A stretch of 57,002 nucleotides of DNA from an uncultured Nitrososphaeraceae archaeon (lineage in GTDB: Archaea; Thermoproteota; Nitrososphaeria; Nitrososphaerales; Nitrososphaeraceae). The notes under the pieces were generated by a model that ran no database searches, was not told where the DNA came from, and saw only the letters and a program-made list of their open reading frames with translations. Both the position numbers and the translations under genes were made by a program. Every line of letters begins with the position of its first letter. Within the stretch, counting starts at the first letter, position 1. This document shows positions 11,597-23,080 of this stretch, one piece after another. The stretch is from contig CAVXZB010000027.1 of the NCBI GenBank assembly GCA_963765895.1, positions 1-57,002 on the forward strand, read 5' to 3'.

Positions 11597-11771
11597 TTAT
11601 GTAGATGACAGAGGTTACTCCAGTTCTATTCCTAAACCAGTTATGGATAAACTTGGAAGACCGGAAAATATAAAGTTTGTTATGAAAGACGAAGATAATT
11701 CAATTCAATTGGTCTCTGGCAGTTCACATGTATTCAAATCTGCGAGTGTGAAATCTAAACATGGTAACTAA
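11592..11771 (+). pseudogene. AbrB/MazE-like swapped-hairpin protein, 5'-truncated
   Basis: VNYVDDRGYSSSIPKPVMDKLGRPENIKFVM; overlaps start of next gene. Confidence 0.55.
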
Positions 11772-12157
11772 AACATTCAATATTTCTGGTCAATACGTCA
11801 CTAATGTTGGAATGCGACCTGCATTACTCGACATTGGCTTAGACAATGACGTGAGTGTTCATGCTACCAACGTAGAAGCCGAGAGAGTACATGTTATTGT
11901 GGATGGTGATACGGAAAGTATCAATGAATTCGTACAGTATGTTAAGGAATAATGATATTCGAATCAAGAAGTCTGATGCGCAGTACAATGTGAGTGGACT
12001 AACTGAATACAACGGGCCAGAAATCGACTGGAATCGATATGAAATCCGATTTATGGCGCGTCAAATGACTAAGGGCTTCAGATTAGCCAATGAGAAACTA
12101 CAGTCAATTGAAAGCACTCTGTCAGAGATAAAAGATAGCTCTAATACTGGCCGCTAA
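11761..12157 (+). CDS. acylphosphatase-like protein with C-terminal coiled coil (one frameshift near 11950)
   Basis: ISGQYVTNVGMRPAL...ATN...VHVIVDGD..INEF; resembles the (V)QGVG(F/M)R acylphosphatase motif. Confidence 0.6.
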
Positions 12158-12524
12158 TGACCCGATAGTTAACACCCTATTCTAGGGCCTATGAAGTTAA
12201 CAGAACCATTCTTAATATTATTTGCCGTCAGTCCTAGTATAAATAACAGCACTGTCTTAGTCTAATTGTTCTTTAATATTGTCTCAAGGAGAGCCTATAG
12301 ACTGACCAATTGGGGAGTCAAGGTGATGGTTAGGAAACTGGAAAGGGGATAAGGAAGTAGATACTACTGATAGGGATGCATCTAATGAATCCGAAGCGTA
12401 GCAGCAGTTTATTATTGCCATTGTCGACGTATCTCCACATTCTATAAATCTGGTATATTTATTCTATTTTTTGATTTAATAGTTGCGACGATATCTTGAA
12501 CAAGCTTATCTCCACTCTGAGTGC

Positions 12525-13427
12525 TTATGTGACACTTATCTCTCTTACGCTAGCATAACTAAAATCTGGGGCCGATACATCACTTATTTTGGGATTTGAA
12601 TGGACAGGCCCCTTCCATACTCCGTCAATTCTGACTGTGGTTAGTGATCCAATTGGTTTTATAATGTGGCCTTTTTGTAGTTGATTAGTATCATCAACTT
12701 CCCAATATTTCCTCCATAAATTTGGAGGCTTACCAATATCTGGTACTGGATAATCAATCCACATTTCCAGATGCCTATCTTTATTACTGTTAATAAGAAA
12801 TGAAATCATCTTTATTCCGATATATTTGCCAACGAGCCTTTCGCCTATCTTAAATTGTGTATCTTGATCATTTCCCCACATATCGGGATGAGGGCGTTCA
12901 ACTTCAAGAGTATTTCCATTTCCACCATTAACATTTACTTCACAATCGTAACATGTACCAGTTTTTGGATGATGGGAGCTATGTGATCCTCCTAAAATTT
13001 TTGTAGATATTGTGTCATCGTCTGGTTTAAAACCATTTATTTTTACATAGTATGTGACTTCTTGATTTACTATACCATCACTTCCTTGGTCTGCACTGCC
13101 TGCAGCATTAGTATATTCTACAGAAGGTTCATCTGGTTTGCCTGATCTGTAAGTTCGAATTTTTTTATACAATGTAAAATCCTTTAGAAATTTTCCACTC
13201 GAAGCATCAGGTTTTATTTTCAAGATTCCAAATTCATCCTTATCACCGGTACTAATTGATTCCTCTCTAAGACTGACTGGCCGATCTTCATTTATAATAA
13301 CTGGATCTTCCAGTTCAATATTGTGTTTTGCTGCAAAATCATCAAGTCGTGCTTGCATTTGAATTAGTTCATATTTTAGTTTCTGATATTCTGTAAATTC
13401 TTCTTTACTAAATTCGGTCTCTTCCAT
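12525..13427 (-). CDS. hypothetical protein with putative beta-jellyroll (polysaccharide-lyase-like) domain
   Basis: NQEVTYY...GKYIGIK...LEMWID...W..Y...VRID...SVREI, a pattern seen in Nitrososphaeraceae proteins. Confidence 0.55.
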   Translation of the reverse strand: MEETEFSKEEFTEYQKLKYELIQMQARLDDFAAKHNIELEDPVIINEDRPVSLREESISTGDKDEFGILKIKPDASSGKFLKDFTLYKKIRTYRSGKPDEPSVEYTNAAGSADQGSDGIVNQEVTYYVKINGFKPDDDTISTKILGGSHSSHHPKTGTCYDCEVNVNGGNGNTLEVERPHPDMWGNDQDTQFKIGERLVGKYIGIKMISFLINSNKDRHLEMWIDYPVPDIGKPPNLWRKYWEVDDTNQLQKGHIIKPIGSLTTVRIDGVWKGPVHSNPKISDVSAPDFSYASVREISVT

Positions 13428-13734
13428 GGATATTGTCTAGATGTCTATCTTAATTAGTTTTGATAACAGTCAGACTTTAAAGATAATGAGCAGTATTTAT
13501 TTTTAAATACTGAGATTAGCTCATTTATTATTTGATATCGTCTACTACACAGTCGCACTCATAGTTCAATATGTCACTTAATAAGCTATAAATTCATTAT
13601 GCACATCTCTATCATTAGACAAGGAAATAATTTATCAACGTTTGCGTATTTATGGCATATTTACTAGAAACCGTACAGCACTTCAAGGACATTCCGTCTC
13701 CTGATAGATATGTAAATGAATTCTTGTTGTCTTA

Positions 13735-13830
13735 ACCAGACTCAGTTCTATACATTTGATCTCTTAACCCAGAAAACCTTTTAATGCGATATGTTTCATA
13801 ACGTAAATAGAAGACACTATTTCTAGATGG
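13735..13830. repeat. element-derived repeat B (copies at ~22405-22475 and ~26920-27012)
   Basis: Shared CCAGAAA..TTTT.A.TGCGA.AT.TTTCATAAC.TAA.T.GAAG.CA.T.TTT. Confidence 0.75.
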
Positions 13831-13914
13831 CTGGACTCGGGATTTAGAGGTATTATAGACTGTTTATTGGTAGTAGGGGAAATGGTAGTTCATCAAACTG
13901 CTTGATTTAGTAAA

Positions 13915-14158
13915 TCAACATGTCGCGCTTTGACGACGATAAAATTCAACTGCATATACATGCTTGCAATTGGTATTGTGGCGAGCATAATCTGGACATG
14001 AACAAACCCATCCATATTGAGTTGCAATGACAGTATAAGTGTTATAGCCGGATTCTGATCTTACACTATAACTTGATTCATTGATCATCGAAATAGCGCC
14101 TTGTTTGGGCTATCAATCTGTCTAGTTCTTCATGGTTAACTAATCGTTTAGACATCAT
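13915..14158 (-). pseudogene. SWIM zinc-finger protein, frameshifted
   Basis: MMSKRLVNHEELDRLIAQ/GAISMINESSYSVRSESGYNTYTVIATQYGWVCSCPDYARHNTNCKHVYAVEF; absent from ORF track. Confidence 0.75.
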
Positions 14159-14159
14159 T

Positions 14160-14460
14160 AGGCACCGCGCGCATCTTGATGACAGTAGGTAGTTTTTCAT
14201 CTACTGCCTCATCGAATCTCTTATTAGGATATTCTTGGCGCTCTCTTCTGATTTTAGTTACTCCATTTAGATCTTTAGTATATATTCGAAGCAAGGCGTC
14301 TTTGCCCCTCTTCCTACACAACCTCAAACTTCTTGCCCATATCCACTAGAAAAATCGGGATCCGAAATGCTACCTCGGTACAATCCAAGAATTATGATCT
14401 GGAATGGATGACGACAGTGAGGTGATGGATAAAGAGTTTGGCGCGCCTAATGATAGGTAT
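14160..14460 (-). pseudogene. C-terminal relic of the Rep-like family (paralog of 45077-46013)
   Basis: IPDHNSWIV...LLRIYTKD...IRRERQEYPNK. Confidence 0.75.
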
Positions 14461-14830
14461 CTCATTTTAGATAAACGCTTTTGATATGAGTGTTTCATAT
14501 CGTTGATACAATGACTTCTTCCGATATAATTATACTTGACTTTACAAGAATCCGATATTGCATATTGCGTTAACCTACCGTATAAAAGAGAACTAAAATA
14601 CATAGTTCCAATTCTGATTGCTACTATCAATAGATACCATCAATCTATAGGGTGATCATATTCACAAGAAAATGGCTTGTTTCATGCTATTATTATCTTT
14701 TTACTTGACCATCCGAGATGTTAAACCAGACTGTACTGTTTAAAAGTTGAAATAGTAGATATTGAATGAAACTTCAGCATGATATCCTACCTTGACAGAA
14801 TAAACGGTTACACTTCGAGGTGAATCTTTA

Positions 14831-15805
14831 ATGGAGGATCAGAGTCTTCAAGTTTCAAGTCTTCCGCCAAGACGAGAACGCGTTGGACTCATTGTGCATG
14901 GTTCTAACGCGGCGGTTGCGGTCAAAACTATTGTTGCAGCAGAAGCTGCCGGAGTGCGACAGATATGGATGGCCCAACCACCTGTTTGGCCAGATGTATT
15001 AACGATGTTAGCAGCTGGAGCAACAAGAACATCTACAGTACGCCTAGGAACCTCGATCACACCAACCTATCCACGTCATCCCTTGGTCCTAGCTCAGGAG
15101 CTTCTAGCTTTATACGATCTTGCACCTGGTCGATTGCGTCTTGGAATAGGCCCCAGTCACCGCTTTATTATAGAAGATATTTATGGTCTGCAACAGAAAA
15201 CGCCGTTAGCCCATCTGCACGAATATCTGGAAGTACTGCGTGCTGCACTCTGGCATGGGAAGGTCGATCGTCATGGACAATTCTATAACATTATAGCCAC
15301 ATTACCCCGCACGTCGCAGATTCCGATACTTATTTCAACGCTAGGAAAGTCAGCATTTCAATTGGCTGGACAAATATCCGATGGAGCCCTTACATGGGTA
15401 TGTCCTGTTCCGTATCTTCTTCATACTGGAATTCCAGCTTTACGTACATCAGCAGCTGCTGTTGGGCGATCACCGCCTCCATTGGTGGCACATGTACTGG
15501 TAGCAGTTACCGAGGATCGGCATGCTGTGCTCGCCGCAGGACATCAAATGCTTGATTTTTATGCTAAGATCCCTTTCTATGCTAACATGTTCTCTAATGC
15601 AGGTTTTTCATTGACATCAGATCAGGCGATACCTGATGCTCTTGTAGATAGCTTGGTTATTTTTGGAAATGAATCAATAGTAGCTGCTCGACTTACCGAA
15701 CTTCTGGCGGCGGGACTTGACGAGCTAATGGTATCCCTAGTGCCGACAATAGGTGCAGGTGATGATGAGCAGACACGAATCATGCATTTGATCGGTCGGC
15801 TATAA
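14831..15805 (+). CDS. LLM-class flavin-dependent oxidoreductase
   Basis: AEAAG..WM, LGTSI.PTYPRHP..LAQ, GRLRLGIGPSH, LAGQISDG. Confidence 0.9.
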   Translation: MEDQSLQVSSLPPRRERVGLIVHGSNAAVAVKTIVAAEAAGVRQIWMAQPPVWPDVLTMLAAGATRTSTVRLGTSITPTYPRHPLVLAQELLALYDLAPGRLRLGIGPSHRFIIEDIYGLQQKTPLAHLHEYLEVLRAALWHGKVDRHGQFYNIIATLPRTSQIPILISTLGKSAFQLAGQISDGALTWVCPVPYLLHTGIPALRTSAAAVGRSPPPLVAHVLVAVTEDRHAVLAAGHQMLDFYAKIPFYANMFSNAGFSLTSDQAIPDALVDSLVIFGNESIVAARLTELLAAGLDELMVSLVPTIGAGDDEQTRIMHLIGRL

Positions 15806-15879
15806 GATTGCCAGCTCTGTCATCATAGTATCACAAGCTGAACTCGTTGGTTTTCTGTAAGGGCTCAGGCCTTAATCCA

Positions 15880-15985
15880 TCGATTTGGAAGGTCGAAGAT
15901 ATTAAGTTCACCAAGTCTGATAGTTTTACCTATCAATAGGATCAGCTAGCCATGAGTAAGTTTGGATAATTTTAATAACTCTGAT
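15880..15985. repeat. element-derived repeat A (convergent gene ends); copies at ~25610-25823, ~27187-27420, ~40520-40677
   Basis: GAT(A/G)TTAAGTTCA...TGATA..TTACCTATC(A/G)ATAG.ATC.G.TA shared by four loci. Confidence 0.85.
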
Positions 15986-16388
15986 GGAGTTCGAGTTGGG
16001 AAAAATGTATTAAACCACTTGTTAATACAGATAGTTGCCAGACTCCACATACTTCTTACATAATCTCTGGTAGAATAAAAACCAGGATGGGATGATTAAT
16101 CCGGAATTGCTGTATATAGATATGTGGATATCCTACCACAATATGATAGACTATTATTGGGATTTAGATCAACGTGTTCTACTAGAAGGGTAGAGGTTAA
16201 CCTGGCGAAGAGGGCCTTGCATCCCACTGTGAGAGCAAGTGAGCAAGTTAATGATGAAACATATCCTTATGGGTTTGAGCAACCAAGCGATGTGGGAATG
16301 TTGGGTGACTTAGATATAGACGGTGCGGCCCTTATGCGTTAGACATATGGTTAGACAGTCCTTAAAAACTAGCATTATTTCTATACTT

Positions 16389-17582
16389 ATGATGACTGCA
16401 AAGCAAGCCTTAATCTTGGGAGCAGGTTTCGGGGGATTAGCGGCGGCCAACTTACTACGAAAGAATCTATCACAGGAAGAATGTCAAATTACTGTTATTG
16501 ACAAAAACCAGCATTTTATGATGGGACTTGTAAATTTATGGATACTGAGTGGAAGCAGAGAGTTGGAGAGTTCTCAAGTCGCTTTGAATAAGATGGAAGC
16601 TAAAGGAATCAAATTTTTGAATGACGAAATAACAAACATAGATCCATCCAAAAATAGTGTCACTACTAAAACCAACCAGAATAAACTGGAATACGATTAT
16701 TTGTTAGTAGCATTAGGTGCAGAACTTGCGCCAAGACAGATCAATGGCTTTGGAGATAACGATGTAAGTTGTTTTAACGTATATGATCCTCAGCAAATCC
16801 CAAGCTTACGAGAAAGAATACTCGCTCTAAAAAGGGGACAAATAGTAATCTGTATAGCTGATATTCCATACAAATGTCCCCCAGCACCTTATGAAGTGTC
16901 ATTATTGATCAACGATATCTTAACCAGAAATGGAACAAGAGAATCCATTGATTTGAATATATATGTACCAACACCAATTGCACTACCTGTAGCTGGAGCA
17001 AAAGTTAGTCAAGACGTTGTCGAGTTGCTTAATGACAACCATATCGAATTCCATCCATTGCATAAGCTAAAAAGAATATCGGATAAGAAAACAATAGAGT
17101 TTGAAAATGGCAATAAGGCAAGTTATGAACTGCTGATACTAGTTCCTCCTCATCAAGTTCCTCAAGTCATCAAGAATTCTGGCCTACTGGAAGGCGCAGA
17201 TCAGCGTTGGATTAATGTTGATAGGTTTACTTTTAGAACAAAATACAAAAATATCTTTGCAATAGGTGATGTGACTGAGATTAGAGTTGACAAAGCCGTG
17301 ACTGTCCCCAAAGCTGGAATATTTGCAGAGGGTGAAGCAAAGGCAGTAAGCCAGCAAATCATTAATGAAATCAAAAATGACAATGGTGATAAAGAACACA
17401 CTATATTCGATGGAAGAGGATTTTGCTTTATGGAAGTCGGAAATAAAAAAGCTGGATATGTCTATGTCGATCTCTATAATAAAGCTGGTCCTACCACTAG
17501 GCTTGACCCACCGTCAGACGAGTTCTATCAAAAGAAACTTGATTTTGAAAGAAGCAGATTAAACGAATGGTTGATACAATAA
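16389..17582 (+). CDS. sulfide:quinone oxidoreductase-like FAD-dependent oxidoreductase
   Basis: GAGFGG, YDYLLVALGA, KCPPAPYE, FAIGD, PKAG, GFCFME. Confidence 0.85.
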   Translation: MMTAKQALILGAGFGGLAAANLLRKNLSQEECQITVIDKNQHFMMGLVNLWILSGSRELESSQVALNKMEAKGIKFLNDEITNIDPSKNSVTTKTNQNKLEYDYLLVALGAELAPRQINGFGDNDVSCFNVYDPQQIPSLRERILALKRGQIVICIADIPYKCPPAPYEVSLLINDILTRNGTRESIDLNIYVPTPIALPVAGAKVSQDVVELLNDNHIEFHPLHKLKRISDKKTIEFENGNKASYELLILVPPHQVPQVIKNSGLLEGADQRWINVDRFTFRTKYKNIFAIGDVTEIRVDKAVTVPKAGIFAEGEAKAVSQQIINEIKNDNGDKEHTIFDGRGFCFMEVGNKKAGYVYVDLYNKAGPTTRLDPPSDEFYQKKLDFERSRLNEWLIQ

Positions 17583-17920
17583 TGATATTATTAGCTAAAA
17601 TTACTTAAGGAGACTTTGATATCGTATTTTTCCAGTGTGTGAAGCAACTTCACAGTTCTAGCCATGTTTGAAACATCTATCTTATATCGTTCTAGTACCT
17701 CAGGTCGGCGGCGTTTATCAGGCCGACGAATGATGCTACATGTCAGGAAGGAAAATAATGACTCTAAGATGATGCTAAATAATCCAGATAATCACACTAA
17801 CAGGCAGTTCGATAATCATTATTCATGGCTTTAGAATCTTATGGATTCTTCAGCTAGATTCTGAATATGTTCTACTATTGGTTGAAAGAGTTAAAATACA
17901 AGGGGTGCGCAAGAACCTGA

Positions 17921-18734
17921 TTATGTGCGCAACTTTTCCTGTATAGCAATATCTAGTCTAACACCAGGATACTCTTGGCGCTCTCTTCTAATTCTAATTC
18001 CATTACTTTCCTTCATATCCTTTGTATAGATACGCAGAAGTGCGTGTTCTCCATCCTCCCATGTCATCTCAAATTTCTCACCTGCACACTCGCTTAAAGA
18101 ATCTGTACCAAAGTGCCACATTGTTACGATCCATGAGTTATGGTTTGGAATGTGAATTTGCTGCAAATGAGGATATTGTATGCGGGGAGCCTGTTACTGA
18201 TGCTAATAGTCTCTCCTCTACTGATGTCAGTAGATTTGACAAGCAAATAAGACCTTCATGATCAACAACTACTGGTTTCATGGAACAGGATACGATGACA
18301 CTGACAGTGTCAGAGTGGTGTACGACTGTCTTTGCCTCCATGTTATGCATACGGATGGGCAATAGAGAGATGTCTTTACTAACTTCATTAGGTATCAGCT
18401 CGGTATGGATACCACGAATTGTTGACCAGATCCCTTTAGTTTTAAATCTAAGGCGGATATCATGTACCGAGTGTGTTTCAGACGGTAAGTTATCGATAAA
18501 TGACACTGATGACAGTTGGGGGACCACCGTATGGTTATCTGTCATTCCTGGTTTAGATTTTGTAAAGTTTACTCCATTTAGGCTATAAAAATGCGGGACC
18601 TGAATATTACTCTAAAATCGCAAAAACAAAATGTTCATTTCTCGATTCGTACTAGTCTTTGCACTTCCATTTTCATTGGATGATCTACTTTGTCTTACCC
18701 ACCAAGTGGGTGAGCATGTACGTGTCATTGTCAT
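17921..18734 (-). pseudogene. Rep-like family paralog of 45077-46013, frameshifted with internal deletion
   Basis: Near-identical WIVTMWHFGTDSLSE..GEKFEMTWEDGEHALLRIY.KDMK...RRERQEYPG. Confidence 0.85.
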
Positions 18735-18960
18735 TGTTAATTTATCGATTCTGCACTCTCAGCATTACTATTTAAATTTCAATCAGATTTCTCTCAGAAA
18801 GATTAACATTTGCAGTAAATACAACCTCAGCGATCCCGATGTTTTTCTTATGGTGATCTCATATGGCAATGTAGGTCTTAAAATGAAACTTGAAATTGCT
18901 CTTGCATAGAGAACGACAATTTGTCGTTCTTCTTAAGTCTAGTCTTTTTTCTACTTGATT
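18731..18960 (-). pseudogene. relic of the 284-aa ORF family (paralog of 46010-46864)
   Basis: KNDKLSFS motif and conserved ATGACAATGACA stop/start junction with the Rep-like gene. Confidence 0.65.
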
Positions 18961-19132
18961 TAAGAAAAGAATGGACTGTTCAAGTATCCCTATGAAATTG
19001 TGATTGACCTTAATTCAACTTGGTTCTAGTTGATACACAGCAAGTTCGCGCACATATGCGAATGTATAGAATGATCAGATATTCAATTTATCTACTAATT
19101 ACATTTATCTAATTCAGTCCTGATTCATTCAT

Positions 19133-19901
19133 GTGAAAAAGGTTGCAACAAGTGGAAAATGCAGTTACTGCTCTCAGATTTTTTCTCAGAACATGATTGC
19201 CAAACATTTGCAATCATGTAAACTAAGGAAGGAATTGTCACCATTTTTAAAGAAAGGCCAATGTTCATCTCTCCTGGGAATCAGCGGTAAACAGTTTCAA
19301 GACTATTGGGCTTTTATCGAGGTCAACGGAAATATCTGTAGACTAAAGGACATTGACTCATTCCTTAGAAATTTATGGCTTGAATGTTGTGGCCACTTGA
19401 GTTCCTTTAAAATAAATGATCAAATATACGAATCTTTTCCCTATCCCATGTACTCTACTAAGAGTATGCAAATATCCGTAAATAAGATTTTAAAGGAGGG
19501 TATGATTTTTGAATATACATATGACTTTGGAAGCTCAACTGAACTTATAATCAAGGTTGTTTCCGCTAACGATTCACTTAATGATAATAACATAGGATTC
19601 TCCAGATACAAAAGCTTCAAAGATACCTCGACATGCCCGAGAAAAGAAATGCAAAGATAAGATGCTTCCTCCAGTCAAACTTATCGCCAGAAATGATTCT
19701 ATTGTATTTACTTGTGATGCATGTAAGCAAGCAATAGCAACAAATATCTGCTAAATTTGTCTCTATGAAAAAAGCAGAAGAGGAGCTTCTTTATGTGAAA
19801 ACTGCAAAAGACATCACAAATGTGGAGAAGATGTGTTTTTACCCATAGTTAACTCTCCACGTTCAGGAGAATGTGGTTACACAGGAAGGTTAGTTAAGTA
19901 A
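19133..19901 (+). pseudogene. pRiA4b ORF-3-like / Zn-binding conserved protein, frameshift plus internal stop
   Basis: LRNLWLECCGHLSSF, YTYDFGSST, ARN...C..C...HKCGE...LPIVNSPRSGECGY. Confidence 0.75.
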
Positions 19902-20067
19902 GGCTCTGGTTGCCTTATCCTAATGTGGTTTAACAATTAATCTCTTGTCGTTGCTTATCATTCACTAGCATATCCAAATTTTTCTCTCGTAGATATTGAC
20001 TAACTTAAAACCTATATAGATAAGAAATATTAGCCATATTTGTAATCTCATCATTAGAGAGTGGAAA

Positions 20068-22374
20068 GTGGTAAACTCAATTACTGAACAGAATGGACCC
20101 CAACCTCAACAATACTTCAGCCATCCTTTAATAAAAAATGATAGCATTGAATTCAGATTATACCAAAATAACATATTTGAGTCTGTCAAAAATAAGAACG
20201 CCCTAGTAATTCTTCCAACTGCTTTGGGTAAGACAGTTGTAGCAATACTTGTTTGTGCGGAAATTCTGTATAATTACAAGTCAAAGAGAGTCTTGATAAT
20301 GGCTCCAACCAAACCTCTCGTATCTCAACATACGACATCATTTTTATCAGGTAATGAAGATGCCTGAAGATAGTATAGCAGTAGTAACAGGAAAGAACTC
20401 TCCTCAATCTAGAAAGGCTATCTGGAATCAAAAAGAATTAAGAATTATTTTTGCTACACCAGAGGTAGTCAAAAATGACCTTATAGAGAGGAGGTTATCG
20501 CTTGATGAATTTGGCTTGTTAGTCTTTGATGAAGCTCATAGGGCAGTAAAAGATTATGCCTATACCTTAATAGCCAAGTCCTACGTTCGACAATCATCAC
20601 ATCCTGTAATTCTAGCCATGACAGCAAGCCCTGGATCAGAGCAAGGCAGGATTGATGAAGTTTGTAATAACCTATCCATTGAAAAAATAGAATACAGGAA
20701 TGAAGATGATGTAGATGTAAAGGAGTATATCAATACTATCGATACGACTTGGAAATGGTTTACTATTCCTCAGGAGTACAAATACATTAGTACAAGTCTT
20801 CGTGCCATGCTTGAAGACAAACTTCAGTTTCTTATAAAAAGAGGACTACTGATAAAAAAACATCCGAAGTGGATATTTAAGAGCGATCTCCTTAAACTAG
20901 GAGAAGAGATCCAGTATAAGATAAATGCAAGCCGGGAAGAACTAAGAGGATCACTTTATTCAGCCTTGGTGCAACAGTCGTCAGCCCTTACCCTTATGTA
21001 CTGTGCAGAACTTATAGAAAGCCAAGGATCTCAATCATTAAAAGCCTTTCTAGAAAGGATTGAAAGGGATGGTGGCAAGGCTAATCGATCCCTGCTAAAT
21101 GATAATAGGATAAAGGAGATTCAAGCACTTTTAAACAGTCTAAAGATAGAGCATCCTAAAGCAAAATATCTTGTAGAACATTTAAATCAATATTATGACA
21201 CATTTCAGAACAATAGGAATAATAACGATAGCAGTAAAACTAAGTTGACTAGCACAAGACCAAAAGCTCTTGTTTTCACCCATTATAGAGACACTGCAAG
21301 AAAGGTTGTCGAAATTTTGACTGAAAATGGCATAAAAGCATCAAGATTTGTAGGCCAAGCAAAAAGAGAGATAGATATGGGAATGGACCAGAATGAACAA
21401 TCAGCTATTCTGCAATCCTTCAGAGATGGAGAATTTGATGTCTTAGTAGCGACCTCTATTGCTGAGGAAGGACTTGATATTCCACAAGTAGATCTAGTTG
21501 TGTTTTATGAACCAATACCTAGTGAGATAAGATATATACAGAGAAGGGGAAGAACTGGACGAAAGTCATCTGGTAGTGTTATAATACTTGCAGCAAAGGA
21601 TACCATTGACGAACGATATCTTTATGCAAGCAAGAGACGTATGGAGAAGATGAAACAGATACTTTCTACCGTCAACATGACGTTAAAGCCTGTTCAGAGA
21701 GCAGATATCCTAGCAGATCCCATGACAGCTGATGAGATATCATCTTTTGAATTCAAGCCTACGATATTAGGCAAAGGGGTTGATAAGAAGCTATCATCCA
21801 CTATTGGCATCACAAGAGATGCTGATGATTTACTACCATCAATAGCATCAACTAATCGTTTAGTCAGAACAAGGGCAATAGATAGTGAGGATAATGACAA
21901 AAATAAGAAAATTGGCGGATTGCTCTCGCATGAGTCTGGTACCGCTACTAATGGATTTAGAAAAGCGGTGGATTCATGCAGCGAAAAGAATTCATACATT
22001 AATAGCAAAAAGTGGAAGACAAGCATTAGATGTAGATATAATTCAAGAGACCTTTGCATTTGAAGATTCTGTTTTACTAGAGGCATTGAATAAGCTTGAA
22101 AAACTTAATACGATACAATGGCTTGATGATACACGAGTAATCCTCTCTGAAAATTTGGCAAAGGTTGCTGGCGAGCACAATTGATGTGTATGTTGAAAAA
22201 ATCGTACAAGGTGGAGCATTAGTTCTAGTAAACGAAAAATGGCATGCTAGATTAAATCACTACGATTATGAAGGTCCACGAGAATTACTTAGAAAAGGAT
22301 CGGAATTCAGAGTTGTAGGCGAACTATATCATGATGAAGGTGTGTTTAGTCTCAGAGTAAAACAGATAGTATGA
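20068..22374 (+). CDS. hef: Hef/Mph1 (FANCM-like) SF2 helicase without nuclease domain, split by ~3 indels
   Basis: LPTALGKT, APTKPLV, DEAH, TASPG, ATSIAEEGLDIP, QRRGRTGR. Confidence 0.85.
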
Positions 22375-22544
22375 AATTATGAAAATCAGGAAAAGACCGG
22401 TCGTCTCTCCATCCAGAAAATGTTTTTAGTGCGACATATTTCATAACATAAATAGAAGGCACTATTTCCGAGATTAATAAATAACTTAACTGAATTCTTT
22501 TATATTGTAGCATAAAATTAGTAATATAATAACTACAGGCATAA

Positions 22545-22730
22545 TTGAACGAACTAAGATGTTCCCGCTTCGACGAAAATATTCAATTGAGTATACATGC
22601 TTGCACTTGGTATTGTGGCGCGCATAATCTGGGCATGAACAAACTCATCCAGATTGAGCTGCAATCCTTCATTATTTACAATATCGTTATATTCGAATCA
22701 GAAGTTGGTATTGCTGCCTTGTTCAACTAT
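22545..22730 (-). pseudogene. SWIM zinc-finger relic (paralog of 13915-14158)
   Basis: IAAQSG*VCSCPDYARHNTKCKHVYSIEYF. Confidence 0.75.
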
Positions 22731-22776
22731 TGAAATACAATGAGCATTTATTATAACTGAGATAACCTCAGTCCTA

Positions 22777-23042
22777 ATGACACGAGTCATGATGACAGTT
22801 GTGTTAATATTAGTTCTAGGATCGTCGGTAGGAAACGTGAGTGCAAAGAAGAGCAGTGATGATTGGATAAATAATCCTGATCGGTGCTTTCAGGCTGGAA
22901 AAGACGACGGAAGGAATAGTGGATTCAGTCAGTCGGAATTCGATACATGTGGGTCATCTTATGAACACGGATTTGTGAAAGATGCCTATCAGTAGATGGT
23001 AACACACGAGATATATGTAATAGTGCGGAGGACGCAGGTTAG
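22777..23042 (+). CDS. secreted array protein 1 (frameshift near 22980)
   Basis: Signal peptide; CFQAGKDDG...CGSSYEHGF / GCLSVDGNTRDICNSAEDAG*. Confidence 0.65.
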
Positions 23043-23080
23043 GCTTGGCGAGCATACACAATGGTAAAGGATGTAGTTCA

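Larger units (their letters stand above)
11307..12207. mobile_element. non-autonomous IS6-like passenger element with ~52-bp inverted ends
   Basis: 11306-11357 and reverse complement of 12157-12208 align ungapped at 41/52; ends begin GGT(C/T)CTGTTAACTT. Confidence 0.7.

Noticed and set aside
11295-12220. Target-site duplication around the inverted-repeat element
   Set aside because: Flanks TAAAAATT and ATTCTTAA do not match.
14447-14457. Extra CTAATGATAGG copy matching the array leader block
   Set aside because: Lies within the Rep-like relic on the opposite coding strand with no signal-peptide context; probably coincidental.
16248-16260. TGATGAAAC as a hammerhead ribozyme core or C/D box
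   Set aside because: No CUGAUGA and no stem II before GAAAC; no clear D box partner.
21694-22086. Antisense ORFs such as 21694-22086, 30066-30398, 39568-39996, 46545-46955, 52607-52903
   Set aside because: Overlap well-supported genes on the other strand and lack motifs.
22545-22733. Plus-strand 62-aa ORF from the track
   Set aside because: Antisense shadow of a SWIM-finger relic on the minus strand.
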